Positions 57,218 to 64,000 of a stretch of 64,000 nt of DNA are shown one piece after another; the stretch's first letter is position 1; each line of letters begins with the position of its first letter. A program made the position numbers and the translations under genes. The notes beneath the pieces were generated by a model, which saw only the letters and a program-made list of their open reading frames with translations, ran no database searches and was not told the DNA's origin. The stretch spans positions 1-64,000 of the IMG/VR virus record IMGVR_UViG_3300028384_000657; one strand, 5' to 3'. This DNA is from a virus.

Positions 57218-57243
57218 ATGCATTATACTATGAAGGTAGTCTC

Positions 57244-57834
57244 ATGAAACTAATGTCTATCGCAACAACTATTGGTGCCCTTACGATAGGAGCAGGTGCT
57301 CTTACTATAGGTATCCAGTCTGTTCCTGAGGCACCACCGCCAGTGGTTGAGATTACCGTCGATGAATATGAACCTAGATGGACCTTACCTGGCGGTAGTC
57401 CCAACGAAAAATATGTCCTCGAACAACTACAAGAACACACCCAAATCACCGATCGTAACGCTCTTGCTACAATCATGGGTAACATTAAACAAGAGAGCAA
57501 GTTCATTCCCAACATATGCGAGGGAGGGGATAGAGTTTCTTACTCTGATTGCCGTGTCGGGGGTTATGGTCTTATTCAATGGACAACCCTAGGACGCTAT
57601 AATAATCTCGGTAAGTTCTGTGAGAAGTATGGTTGTGACCCTAGCAGTTTGGAAGGTCAAACTCGCTACATGATCAACGAATCTGTATTCCAAAAGGTTC
57701 TTCCTGATTTTGAAGGTCATGGGCAAACTGTTAGACAGTACATGGTGCCCTCTTACTACTGGTTAGGTTGGGGTATCAAGGGCAATCGTGAGGTCTATGC
57801 CTACGAGTATGCCCAAAACCTAGTTAAATTATGA
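57244..57834 (+). CDS. lysozyme-like protein (phage tail lysozyme family) with N-terminal hydrophobic anchor
   Basis: ALATIMGNIKQES, GYGLIQWT, SLEGQTRYM; promoter TTGACA(57201)-17-TATACT. Confidence 0.75.
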   Translation: MKLMSIATTIGALTIGAGALTIGIQSVPEAPPPVVEITVDEYEPRWTLPGGSPNEKYVLEQLQEHTQITDRNALATIMGNIKQESKFIPNICEGGDRVSYSDCRVGGYGLIQWTTLGRYNNLGKFCEKYGCDPSSLEGQTRYMINESVFQKVLPDFEGHGQTVRQYMVPSYYWLGWGIKGNREVYAYEYAQNLVKL

Positions 57835-57857
57835 GTATTAATACTCTAATTTTTGTC

Positions 57858-57910
57858 TTGACGGGAAAATCGAACTCCTGTATAATAAATAGGTAAACAA
57901 ATGTAAAGCA
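57858..57910 (+). promoter_or_regulatory. composite psbA promoter (sigma70, late, HLR1-like)
   Basis: TTGACG-17-TATAAT overlapping ATAAATA; GTAAACAAATGTAAA (minus strand TTTACATT-TG-TTTACC). Confidence 0.7.
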
Positions 57911-57933
57911 CATCGCTTTTCCTTTATACTACT

Positions 57934-58037
57934 CCCCGCAAACCGAGACCTCTAGGGAGTCAAAATTACGTCTCTCATACCTCTGCTTAGGGTGCAGAGG
58001 AATAGTAACTCCACCATGTCCCTGATGGTCTTACTTA
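57934..58037 (+). ncRNA. PhotoRC-II-like structured RNA in psbA leader
   Basis: GAGAC/GTCTC, CCTCTGC/GCAGAGG and ACCAT/ATGGT stems directly upstream of a cyanophage psbA. Confidence 0.7.
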
Positions 58038-58049
58038 TTCTTATTCAAA

Positions 58050-59129
58050 ATGGCTAGTTCAACTCTGTCACGCTCTGGCGTGTCTAACTGGGAATCCTTT
58101 TGCGATTGGGTTACCAGCACTAACAACCGTCTGTATGTCGGTTGGTTCGGCGTTCTGATGATTCCTACGTTGCTTGCAGCAACCATCTGTTTCATCATCG
58201 CCTTCGTCGGTGCTCCTCCTGTGGACATTGACGGTATCCGCGAACCCGTTGCTGGTTCGCTCATGTATGGTAACAACATCATCTCAGGTGCAGTTGTTCC
58301 TTCTTCTAATGCTATTGGTCTTCACTTCTATCCCATCTGGGAAGCAGCAACCCTCGATGAGTGGTTGTATAATGGTGGTCCTTTCCAACTCGTAGTTTTC
58401 CACTTCCTGATTGGCATCTATGCTTATATGGGTCGTGAGTGGGAACTCTCTTACCGTCTTGGTATGCGTCCCTGGATCTGTGTTGCATACTCTGCTCCAG
58501 TCGCTGCAGCATCTGCTGTATTCCTCGTCTATCCTTTCGGTCAAGGTTCTTTCTCTGACGCGATGCCTCTTGGTATCTCTGGTACATTCAACTACATGCT
58601 TGTTTTCCAAGCAGAGCACAACATTCTGATGCACCCCTTCCATATGCTCGGCGTTGCTGGCGTATTTGGCGGTTCTCTGTTCAGTGCAATGCACGGTTCT
58701 CTGGTTACTTCTTCGCTGGTTCGTGAAACCACCGAAACTGAGTCCCAGAACTATGGTTACAAGTTCGGTCAGGAAGAAGAGACCTATAACATCGTCGCTG
58801 CTCATGGTTACTTCGGTCGCCTGATCTTCCAATACGCTTCCTTCAACAACTCCCGTTCGCTGCACTTCTTCTTGGCAGCATGGCCTGTTGTAGGTATCTG
58901 GTTCACTGCTCTTGGTGTTAGCACCATGGCATTCAACCTGAACGGTTTCAACTTCAACCAATCCATCCTTGATGGTTCTGGTAAGGTTCTGCCTACTTGG
59001 GCAGACGTTCTGAACCGTGCTGGACTTGGTATGGAAGTCATGCACGAGCGCAACGCTCACAACTTCCCTCTGGATCTTGCTGCTGCAGAATCCACCCCCG
59101 TCGCTCTGACTGCACCCGCTATCGGTTGA
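58050..59129 (+). CDS. psbA: photosystem II D1
   Basis: [33 protein letters not shown]; no intron. Confidence 0.99.
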   Translation: MASSTLSRSGVSNWESFCDWVTSTNNRLYVGWFGVLMIPTLLAATICFIIAFVGAPPVDIDGIREPVAGSLMYGNNIISGAVVPSSNAIGLHFYPIWEAATLDEWLYNGGPFQLVVFHFLIGIYAYMGREWELSYRLGMRPWICVAYSAPVAAASAVFLVYPFGQGSFSDAMPLGISGTFNYMLVFQAEHNILMHPFHMLGVAGVFGGSLFSAMHGSLVTSSLVRETTETESQNYGYKFGQEEETYNIVAAHGYFGRLIFQYASFNNSRSLHFFLAAWPVVGIWFTALGVSTMAFNLNGFNFNQSILDGSGKVLPTWADVLNRAGLGMEVMHERNAHNFPLDLAAAESTPVALTAPAIG

Positions 59130-59150
59130 TAGTCTAACGACATACACTCT

Positions 59151-59173
59151 AAGGACCCTACGGGGTCCTTTTT
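59151..59173 (+). terminator. terminator after psbA
   Basis: AAGGACCC-TACG-GGGTCCTT plus Ts. Confidence 0.88.
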
Positions 59174-59194
59174 ATTTCCTTGCTATGTAAAGTT

Positions 59195-59425
59195 ATGTCT
59201 CACGATCTACTAGAACTACTTACCTACTATGTAATCGTCGCTGTTGTATTTGTTGGTGCTCCTGGAGTCTTCTTCTTCATTGTCTTCATGCCTGCTCTTC
59301 AGAATACAAAAGGTCGTATGGTGGGTTACAAAGATCACAAGACCTACGGTGATTCGTCCATCTACGAGAATACACCTAGTGATACCTCAAAATTCTTCTT
59401 ACAAGTTAGCGGAAATAATTCGTGA
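59195..59425 (+). CDS. small single-TM protein between psbA and psbD
   Basis: YYVIVAVVFVGAPGVFFFIVFMPAL. Confidence 0.65.
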   Translation: MSHDLLELLTYYVIVAVVFVGAPGVFFFIVFMPALQNTKGRMVGYKDHKTYGDSSIYENTPSDTSKFFLQVSGNNS

Positions 59426-59463
59426 TACTTGGCCTCAATTGTACTATCTAAAAGGAATGAAAA

Positions 59464-60519
59464 ATGGTCGCTTCAACACTAAGTCCCCCACGGAGGGGGT
59501 GGTTCGATGTCCTCGATGACTGGCTTAAACGAGATCGTTTCGTTTTTGTTGGTTGGTCTGGACTTCTTCTTTTTCCCACTGCTTATCTTGCTATTGGCGG
59601 TTGGCTTACTGGGACTGCTTTCGTCACGAGTTGGTATACTCATGGGTTGGCAAGTTCCTATCTGGAGGGTGCAAACTTTCTTACTGCGGCAGTTTCTACT
59701 CCAGCAGACGCTATGGGTCATTCTCTTCTGCTTCTCTGGGGTCCTGAGGCTCAAGGGGATTTCGTCAGGTGGTGTCAACTTGGAGGACTCTGGAATTTTG
59801 TGGCGCTCCACGGGGCTTTCGCTCTAATTGGTTTCATGCTTCGCCAGTTTGAACTGGCACGTCTCATCGGTATCCGTCCGTACAATGCAATCGCTTTTTC
59901 TGGTCCTATTGCTGTCTTCGTTAGTGTCTTTCTCATCTACCCTCTGGGTCAATCGAGTTGGTTTTTCGCTCCATCTTTCGGGGTCTCAGCAATCTTTCGA
60001 TTCCTTCTCTTCCTACAAGGATTTCACAACTGGACTCTGAATCCATTTCATATGATGGGTGTCGCAGGTATCTTGGGTGGAGCATTGCTTTCTGCCATTC
60101 ATGGTGTTACAGTAGAAAATACTTTGTATGAAGATGGTGAGCAGGCAAATACTTTTAAGGCATTCGATTCTACTCAGGAAGAAGAGACTTATTCAATGGT
60201 TACGGCTAACAGATTCTGGTCACAGATCTTTGGCATTGCTTTCAGCAACAAACGCTGGCTTCATTTCTTTATGCTATTCGTTCCAGTTATGGGACTTTGG
60301 ACATCATCGATTGGCATCATTGGTCTGGCTCTTAATCTTCGTGCTTACGACTTTGTTTCTCAGGAGATCAGAGCGGCAGAAGATCCTGAGTTTGAAACTT
60401 TCTATACTAAAAACATCCTTCTCAATGAAGGACTGAGAGCATGGTTAGCACCAGTCGATCAACCTCATGAGAACTTCGTGTTCCCTGAGGAAGTACTTCC
60501 CCGAGGTAACGCACTGTGA
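59464..60519 (+). CDS. psbD: photosystem II D2
   Basis: [40 protein letters not shown]. Confidence 0.99.
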   Translation: MVASTLSPPRRGWFDVLDDWLKRDRFVFVGWSGLLLFPTAYLAIGGWLTGTAFVTSWYTHGLASSYLEGANFLTAAVSTPADAMGHSLLLLWGPEAQGDFVRWCQLGGLWNFVALHGAFALIGFMLRQFELARLIGIRPYNAIAFSGPIAVFVSVFLIYPLGQSSWFFAPSFGVSAIFRFLLFLQGFHNWTLNPFHMMGVAGILGGALLSAIHGVTVENTLYEDGEQANTFKAFDSTQEEETYSMVTANRFWSQIFGIAFSNKRWLHFFMLFVPVMGLWTSSIGIIGLALNLRAYDFVSQEIRAAEDPEFETFYTKNILLNEGLRAWLAPVDQPHENFVFPEEVLPRGNAL

Positions 60520-60651
60520 ACCCATTCTTTGTTGTCAGCACCTGAACCTGGTGAAGAAGTGATGTATGTTGATGTATCTGAAATGAATAGTCAACAATTC
60601 AATGATACTAAGCAATCATTAGAAGATCTTTACAGACAAGATGATGATTGA
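60516..60651 (+). pseudogene. apparent internally deleted, frameshifted small gene (DUF2973-like remnant)
   Basis: GTG-NPFFVVS stops after 9 codons; another frame reads APEPGEEVMYVDVS...LEDLY. Confidence 0.45.
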
Positions 60652-60657
60652 TATAAT

Positions 60658-60681
60658 AGGGGTCTTCGGACCCTTTTTTTT
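60658..60681 (+). terminator. terminator after psbD region
   Basis: GGGGTC-TTCG-GACCCT plus T run. Confidence 0.85.
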
Positions 60682-60695
60682 ATCTAAATAATATT

Positions 60696-60929
60696 ATGAA
60701 ACTGCCTAAAATTCCAAATGATAACTTGACTCCCGAACTTAGGGAGGTAGTTGGTGATGGCGATTTGGAATTTGAATCGATTGTAGACCCGATGGATATT
60801 ATGGACATTCAGATTGATCCTGATTCTTATTATGAAGATCGTCTACATGCAGCGAAGTTACTCGTAGAATCTAGGAATAATTTAAATGAGATACAAAGAC
60901 ACCATAAAGGGAGCAAAAAAGATCCTTAA
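60696..60929 (+). CDS. hypothetical protein
   Basis: Late promoter CTAAATA at about 60684; 77 aa. Confidence 0.65.
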   Translation: MKLPKIPNDNLTPELREVVGDGDLEFESIVDPMDIMDIQIDPDSYYEDRLHAAKLLVESRNNLNEIQRHHKGSKKDP

Positions 60930-61050
60930 AATAGCAAAGCAACGTCCTGAATACTATACAAAAGACGAATTACTATATGTACGTCTGATTAAAAAGCAAG
61001 CACAGAGAGCATTAGAATATAAACAGTCTAAACTTGACGGTAATCAGTAA
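60886..61050 (+). CDS. small basic hypothetical protein (54 aa, not in ORF track)
   Basis: AKKILKIAKQRPEYYTKDELLYVRLIKK. Confidence 0.6.
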   Translation: MRYKDTIKGAKKILKIAKQRPEYYTKDELLYVRLIKKQAQRALEYKQSKLDGNQ

Positions 61051-61228
61051 TCATTCGGTAACATTTATAAGTGTTAATGCTTATAAATATTCCTCGTAAC
61101 GTTACTAAATTGTAACACTTGCCTTCTCTCCAAGGTTGTGTTATAATCGTTCCAACGCAGACGTGTCGAGTCTGCTTTCATCTGCGGGTAATCACTCCGC
61201 AAGTAAAAACAAAACGAGGTATTTTCAA

Positions 61229-61600
61229 ATGATTAAAACTGCTTTCGCAGCTGCTGCTGCTCTCTCCATGTCCGCTGGCGCTGCTGTTGCAGGTCCGTAC
61301 GTCAACGTGGAAACCAATGCAGGTTGGACGGGATCGGATTACACTGGTGCCGCGACAGATTTCCATGTAGGCTACGAAGGTCCTCTGGGTGATACTGCTT
61401 CCTACTATGTTCAAGGTGGCGGTACTCTGGTGACTCCTGACAGTGGCACTGACGATTTCGTTCCTTCTGGTAAGGCAGGTGTCGGTGTTGCTCTGAGCGA
61501 TGCCCTGGGCGCATATGGTGAAGTCTCCTTCGTCGGTTCTGGCGATGAGGACATCGACCGCGGCTATGGTGCTAAACTGGGTCTGAAGTATTCCTTCTGA
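61229..61600 (+). CDS. small outer-membrane beta-barrel-like protein
   Basis: Signal peptide ending AVA-GPYVNVE, HVGYEG, C-terminal LKYSF; promoter TTGCCT-17-TATAAT and structured leader. Confidence 0.8.
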   Translation: MIKTAFAAAAALSMSAGAAVAGPYVNVETNAGWTGSDYTGAATDFHVGYEGPLGDTASYYVQGGGTLVTPDSGTDDFVPSGKAGVGVALSDALGAYGEVSFVGSGDEDIDRGYGAKLGLKYSF

Positions 61601-61624
61601 TTCCTGTCTATATAAGATAAATTA

Positions 61625-61650
61625 AGGGACTCCTGGAGTCCCTTTTTTAT
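61625..61650 (+). terminator. rho-independent terminator
   Basis: AAGGGACTC-CTG-GAGTCCCTT plus Ts. Confidence 0.85.
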
Positions 61651-61669
61651 TCTTTCGCACACATCAACT

Positions 61670-61909
61670 ATGACTAATTTTGCTGTATACACCAAACCTG
61701 GTTGTCCATACTGCACAAAAATCAAACAAGTCTTAGAGGGGAAAGGATTTTCTTATCGTGAGTATCAATTAGATAAGGACTTTGATAGAGAATCTTTTTA
61801 TGGTGAGTTCGGTGAGGGTAGCACATTTCCCCAAGTTCTGCTAAACTCAGAAAAGCTCGGCGGTTGCGTCGATGCTGTTAAATACATGCGACAAAAAAAT
61901 CTTATCTAA
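61670..61909 (+). CDS. nrdC: glutaredoxin
   Basis: CPYC, TFPQV, LGG. Confidence 0.93.
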   Translation: MTNFAVYTKPGCPYCTKIKQVLEGKGFSYREYQLDKDFDRESFYGEFGEGSTFPQVLLNSEKLGGCVDAVKYMRQKNLI

Positions 61910-62247
61910 TGAACGAAGAGTTTTACGACCTTATTGAACGATCAATTGATGTTGCGTTTAAGGATAACAAGTATCTGTTTAGATGCTACAACTACTTACT
62001 GACATCAAAGGCTACTCGTAAAGAAGTTCGTGAATTTATCCAGTCTCCAACTGCGAATAATGTCAATGGATTGGTTTCTGAACTTGATGGTTATATCAAG
62101 GGTGGTAACAAACAACTTCGTGAAGCATATGGACATTTAGGAAAACCTCATGCACGAAAGATCAAAAACTTCTTAGAAACTCTTCTAGAAGATGCATCTC
62201 GATACGAGCATGATCGCCGTCCAGGACGTAAAAAACGTTCTAAATAA
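61909..62247 (+). CDS. conserved hypothetical protein
   Basis: YIKGG.KQLREAYGHL.KP.ARKI. Confidence 0.75.
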   Translation: MNEEFYDLIERSIDVAFKDNKYLFRCYNYLLTSKATRKEVREFIQSPTANNVNGLVSELDGYIKGGNKQLREAYGHLGKPHARKIKNFLETLLEDASRYEHDRRPGRKKRSK

Positions 62248-62312
62248 TGTCAGAGTTCACACATGGGAGGTTGGTTTCCATATTATTTTTTGAAAACATA
62301 GGGGAGGAAGCC

Positions 62313-62543
62313 ATGTTAATTGCACTAGCAGTTTTAGTTACAATCGGTGCGTTCATTCTAGGAATCACCGTTTCTTGGTTAGCAAAAGGGTATGTCGAAG
62401 ATTTTATCGAGAATGCTGCTTATGCTAAATCAGTCACCCATCCAGAAATGTTTGACCAGGATGGTAATATGTTACATGATGAATTGATTTACATCAGACC
62501 TGAGACTAATCTTTGGGAACTTGATGATGATGATGATGATTAA
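62313..62543 (+). CDS. small single-TM protein
   Basis: GGAGG RBS; TM helix; HPEMFDQDGN. Confidence 0.7.
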   Translation: MLIALAVLVTIGAFILGITVSWLAKGYVEDFIENAAYAKSVTHPEMFDQDGNMLHDELIYIRPETNLWELDDDDDD

Positions 62544-62555
62544 TTAACGGAGTTT

Positions 62556-63026
62556 ATGATGCCTACACGATCTATTGAAAACAGCAACTCAAGATTGCTA
62601 CTTAGTGAGATTCTTAGAAAGGTCTCTAATGCAAAAACGAAGGCAGAGAAAATTTCTCTCCTTCAGCGGTACAATTCTATCGCTCTTCGTCAACTATTGA
62701 TTTGGAACTTTGACGAGAGCGTTGTTTCTATGATTCCTGAAGGGGAAGTACCATACACACCCAATGATGCACCAGTGGGCACAGACCACACTCGCTTGGA
62801 GCAGGAGTATAGAGGTTTCTATCGCTTCGTAAAAGGTGGTCAGGATCGTCTCCCTGCAGCAAAGAGGGAGTCAATGTTCATTCAATTGCTTGAAGGTCTT
62901 TCGGCAGAAGAAGCAGAACTTGTTTGCCTAGTCAAAGACAAAAAGTTGAATAACAAGTATAAAAGAATTACTAAAGCAGTGATCCAAGAAGCATTTCCCT
63001 CAATCACCTGGGGAGGGCGCAGTTGA
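62556..63026 (+). CDS. conserved T4-like hypothetical protein
   Basis: LIWNFD, PEGEVPY, RESMFIQLLEGL. Confidence 0.8.
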   Translation: MMPTRSIENSNSRLLLSEILRKVSNAKTKAEKISLLQRYNSIALRQLLIWNFDESVVSMIPEGEVPYTPNDAPVGTDHTRLEQEYRGFYRFVKGGQDRLPAAKRESMFIQLLEGLSAEEAELVCLVKDKKLNNKYKRITKAVIQEAFPSITWGGRS

Positions 63027-63286
63027 GTAAGGTCAGAATTTTACAGCAAGGATGTGATCCCAGTGCTGCTGAGGACACATCTCTACCATACACTACGTAC
63101 TTGGTTGAATACCTTCAAGATGGTATTACCAAGTTTGATATTGTCATTGCTTCAAAGCAAGTCGATATCTTTGATTATTATTGGGATCTGTATCGAAATG
63201 ATTTCGTGACATTTAATCAAACTAATGGTAGAATTAATCCGAAGCTATGGAATGATCCCTCAAAACCAAAAGGTAAAAAGAAATGA
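63023..63286 (+). CDS. conserved hypothetical protein
   Basis: LPYTTYLVEY, IFDYYWD, GRINPKLW. Confidence 0.72.
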   Translation: MSKVRILQQGCDPSAAEDTSLPYTTYLVEYLQDGITKFDIVIASKQVDIFDYYWDLYRNDFVTFNQTNGRINPKLWNDPSKPKGKKK

Positions 63287-63564
63287 CACACAGTATTTAC
63301 GTCAGTAAACAAGGTCCTACACAGGAAGAACTTGAAGAGCAGCAAGCAGAAGCTGCTGCCGCTGCAAAGAAAGCAGAACAAGAGAAGAATGTGAAAGCAG
63401 TTGCCAAAGGTGTTGCTGCACTTGTCAAACCTTTGGTTCTTATGTTAGTATGGAACTGGTTAATGCCAGGTCTCTTTGGTTTACAAACCATTGGGTATCT
63501 CAAGGCATTCGGAATGATCATTATTACAAGTATTCTCTTTAAGAATGACGAATCAGAAAGTTGA
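63283..63564 (+). CDS. small membrane protein
   Basis: LMLVWNWLMPGLFGLQTIGYLKAFG. Confidence 0.72.
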   Translation: MTHSIYVSKQGPTQEELEEQQAEAAAAAKKAEQEKNVKAVAKGVAALVKPLVLMLVWNWLMPGLFGLQTIGYLKAFGMIIITSILFKNDESES

Positions 63565-64000
63565 ATTAGTATCCGTTACCCCAGAAGCAGAGAAGACTAT
63601 GGGGTATGTTGCACGAGTCAGCAACCCCTCTAACCAGGATAATCCTAAGGTTGCAGGTCTTCTCAAGTATTGCATCAAACACGGGCACTGGAGCGTCTTT
63701 GAGCAGGCGTTCATGACGCTTGAGATTCATACTACCAGGGGACTCGCAGCTCAACTGCTCCGTCATAGGAGTATGACATATCAAGAATTTTCACAACGCT
63801 ATGCTGATTCTTCCCTACTCACGGAGGAGATCTCTCTACCTGAACTACGCCGTCAAGACACCAAGAATCGTCAGAATTCTATTGATGATATTGACCCGTT
63901 TGTCAGGCAAGAGTTTGAGATCAAAATGAGGCAGCACTTTGATGCTGGCATGAAACTCTACAAAGAGATGCTCGATGCCAATATCGCAAAGGAGTGTGCT
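63545..64000 (+). CDS. thyX: flavin-dependent thymidylate synthase ThyX (3' truncated)
   Basis: ARVSNP, HGHWSVFE, QLLRHRSMTYQEFSQRY (RHRx7S). Confidence 0.95.
   Translation, partial: MTNQKVELVSVTPEAEKTMGYVARVSNPSNQDNPKVAGLLKYCIKHGHWSVFEQAFMTLEIHTTRGLAAQLLRHRSMTYQEFSQRYADSSLLTEEISLPELRRQDTKNRQNSIDDIDPFVRQEFEIKMRQHFDAGMKLYKEMLDANIAKECA

Noticed and set aside
58284-59147. 287-aa minus-strand ORF antisense to psbA
   Set aside because: Mirror-frame shadow of a strongly codon-biased gene; no RBS or recognisable motif.
31733-60519. Introns, inteins or homing endonucleases in g43, nrdA, nrdB, psbA, psbD
   Set aside because: All reading frames are continuous and of normal length.

Overview
A 64-kb segment of a T4-like marine cyanomyovirus (Synechococcus/Prochlorococcus phage type). 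Gene order: head module (3' part of g20, then g21, g22, g23); g3, uvsY, uvsW, g55, g47, g46; a VWA/zincin plus CobS-like AAA pair; g45, g44, dam, g62, regA. A variable island follows (membrane/secreted protein cluster, PD-(D/E)XK nuclease plus amino-methyltransferase plus ParB-like gene), then hsp20 and a phosphate-acquisition operon (small beta-barrel, pstS, phoA-like). Next come g43, uvsX, g41, mazG, a late block of probable capsid-packaged proteins, g61 and nrdAB. The end holds a nitrogen-regulated locus, talC, tRNA-Arg, a transporter, two hli genes, a lysozyme-like gene, psbA, psbD, glutaredoxin and the start of thyX. The most striking observation is at 51430-52370: two tandem glutamine-riboswitch-like aptamers each enclose an entire, apparently paralogous small ORF in the P2 loop, behind a perfect NtcA box and ahead of DUF4278-like genes. 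Other candidates: internal-head polyproteins with repeated SKGGKVK cationic modules, a protein mimicking the gp23 N-arm, a ligase-like plus nucleotidyltransferase pair, a fixed-spacing phage promoter box, a divergent antisense promoter at g55, several late small RNAs, and three apparent deletion/fusion scars. All calls come from motif recognition by eye; no database searches were run.
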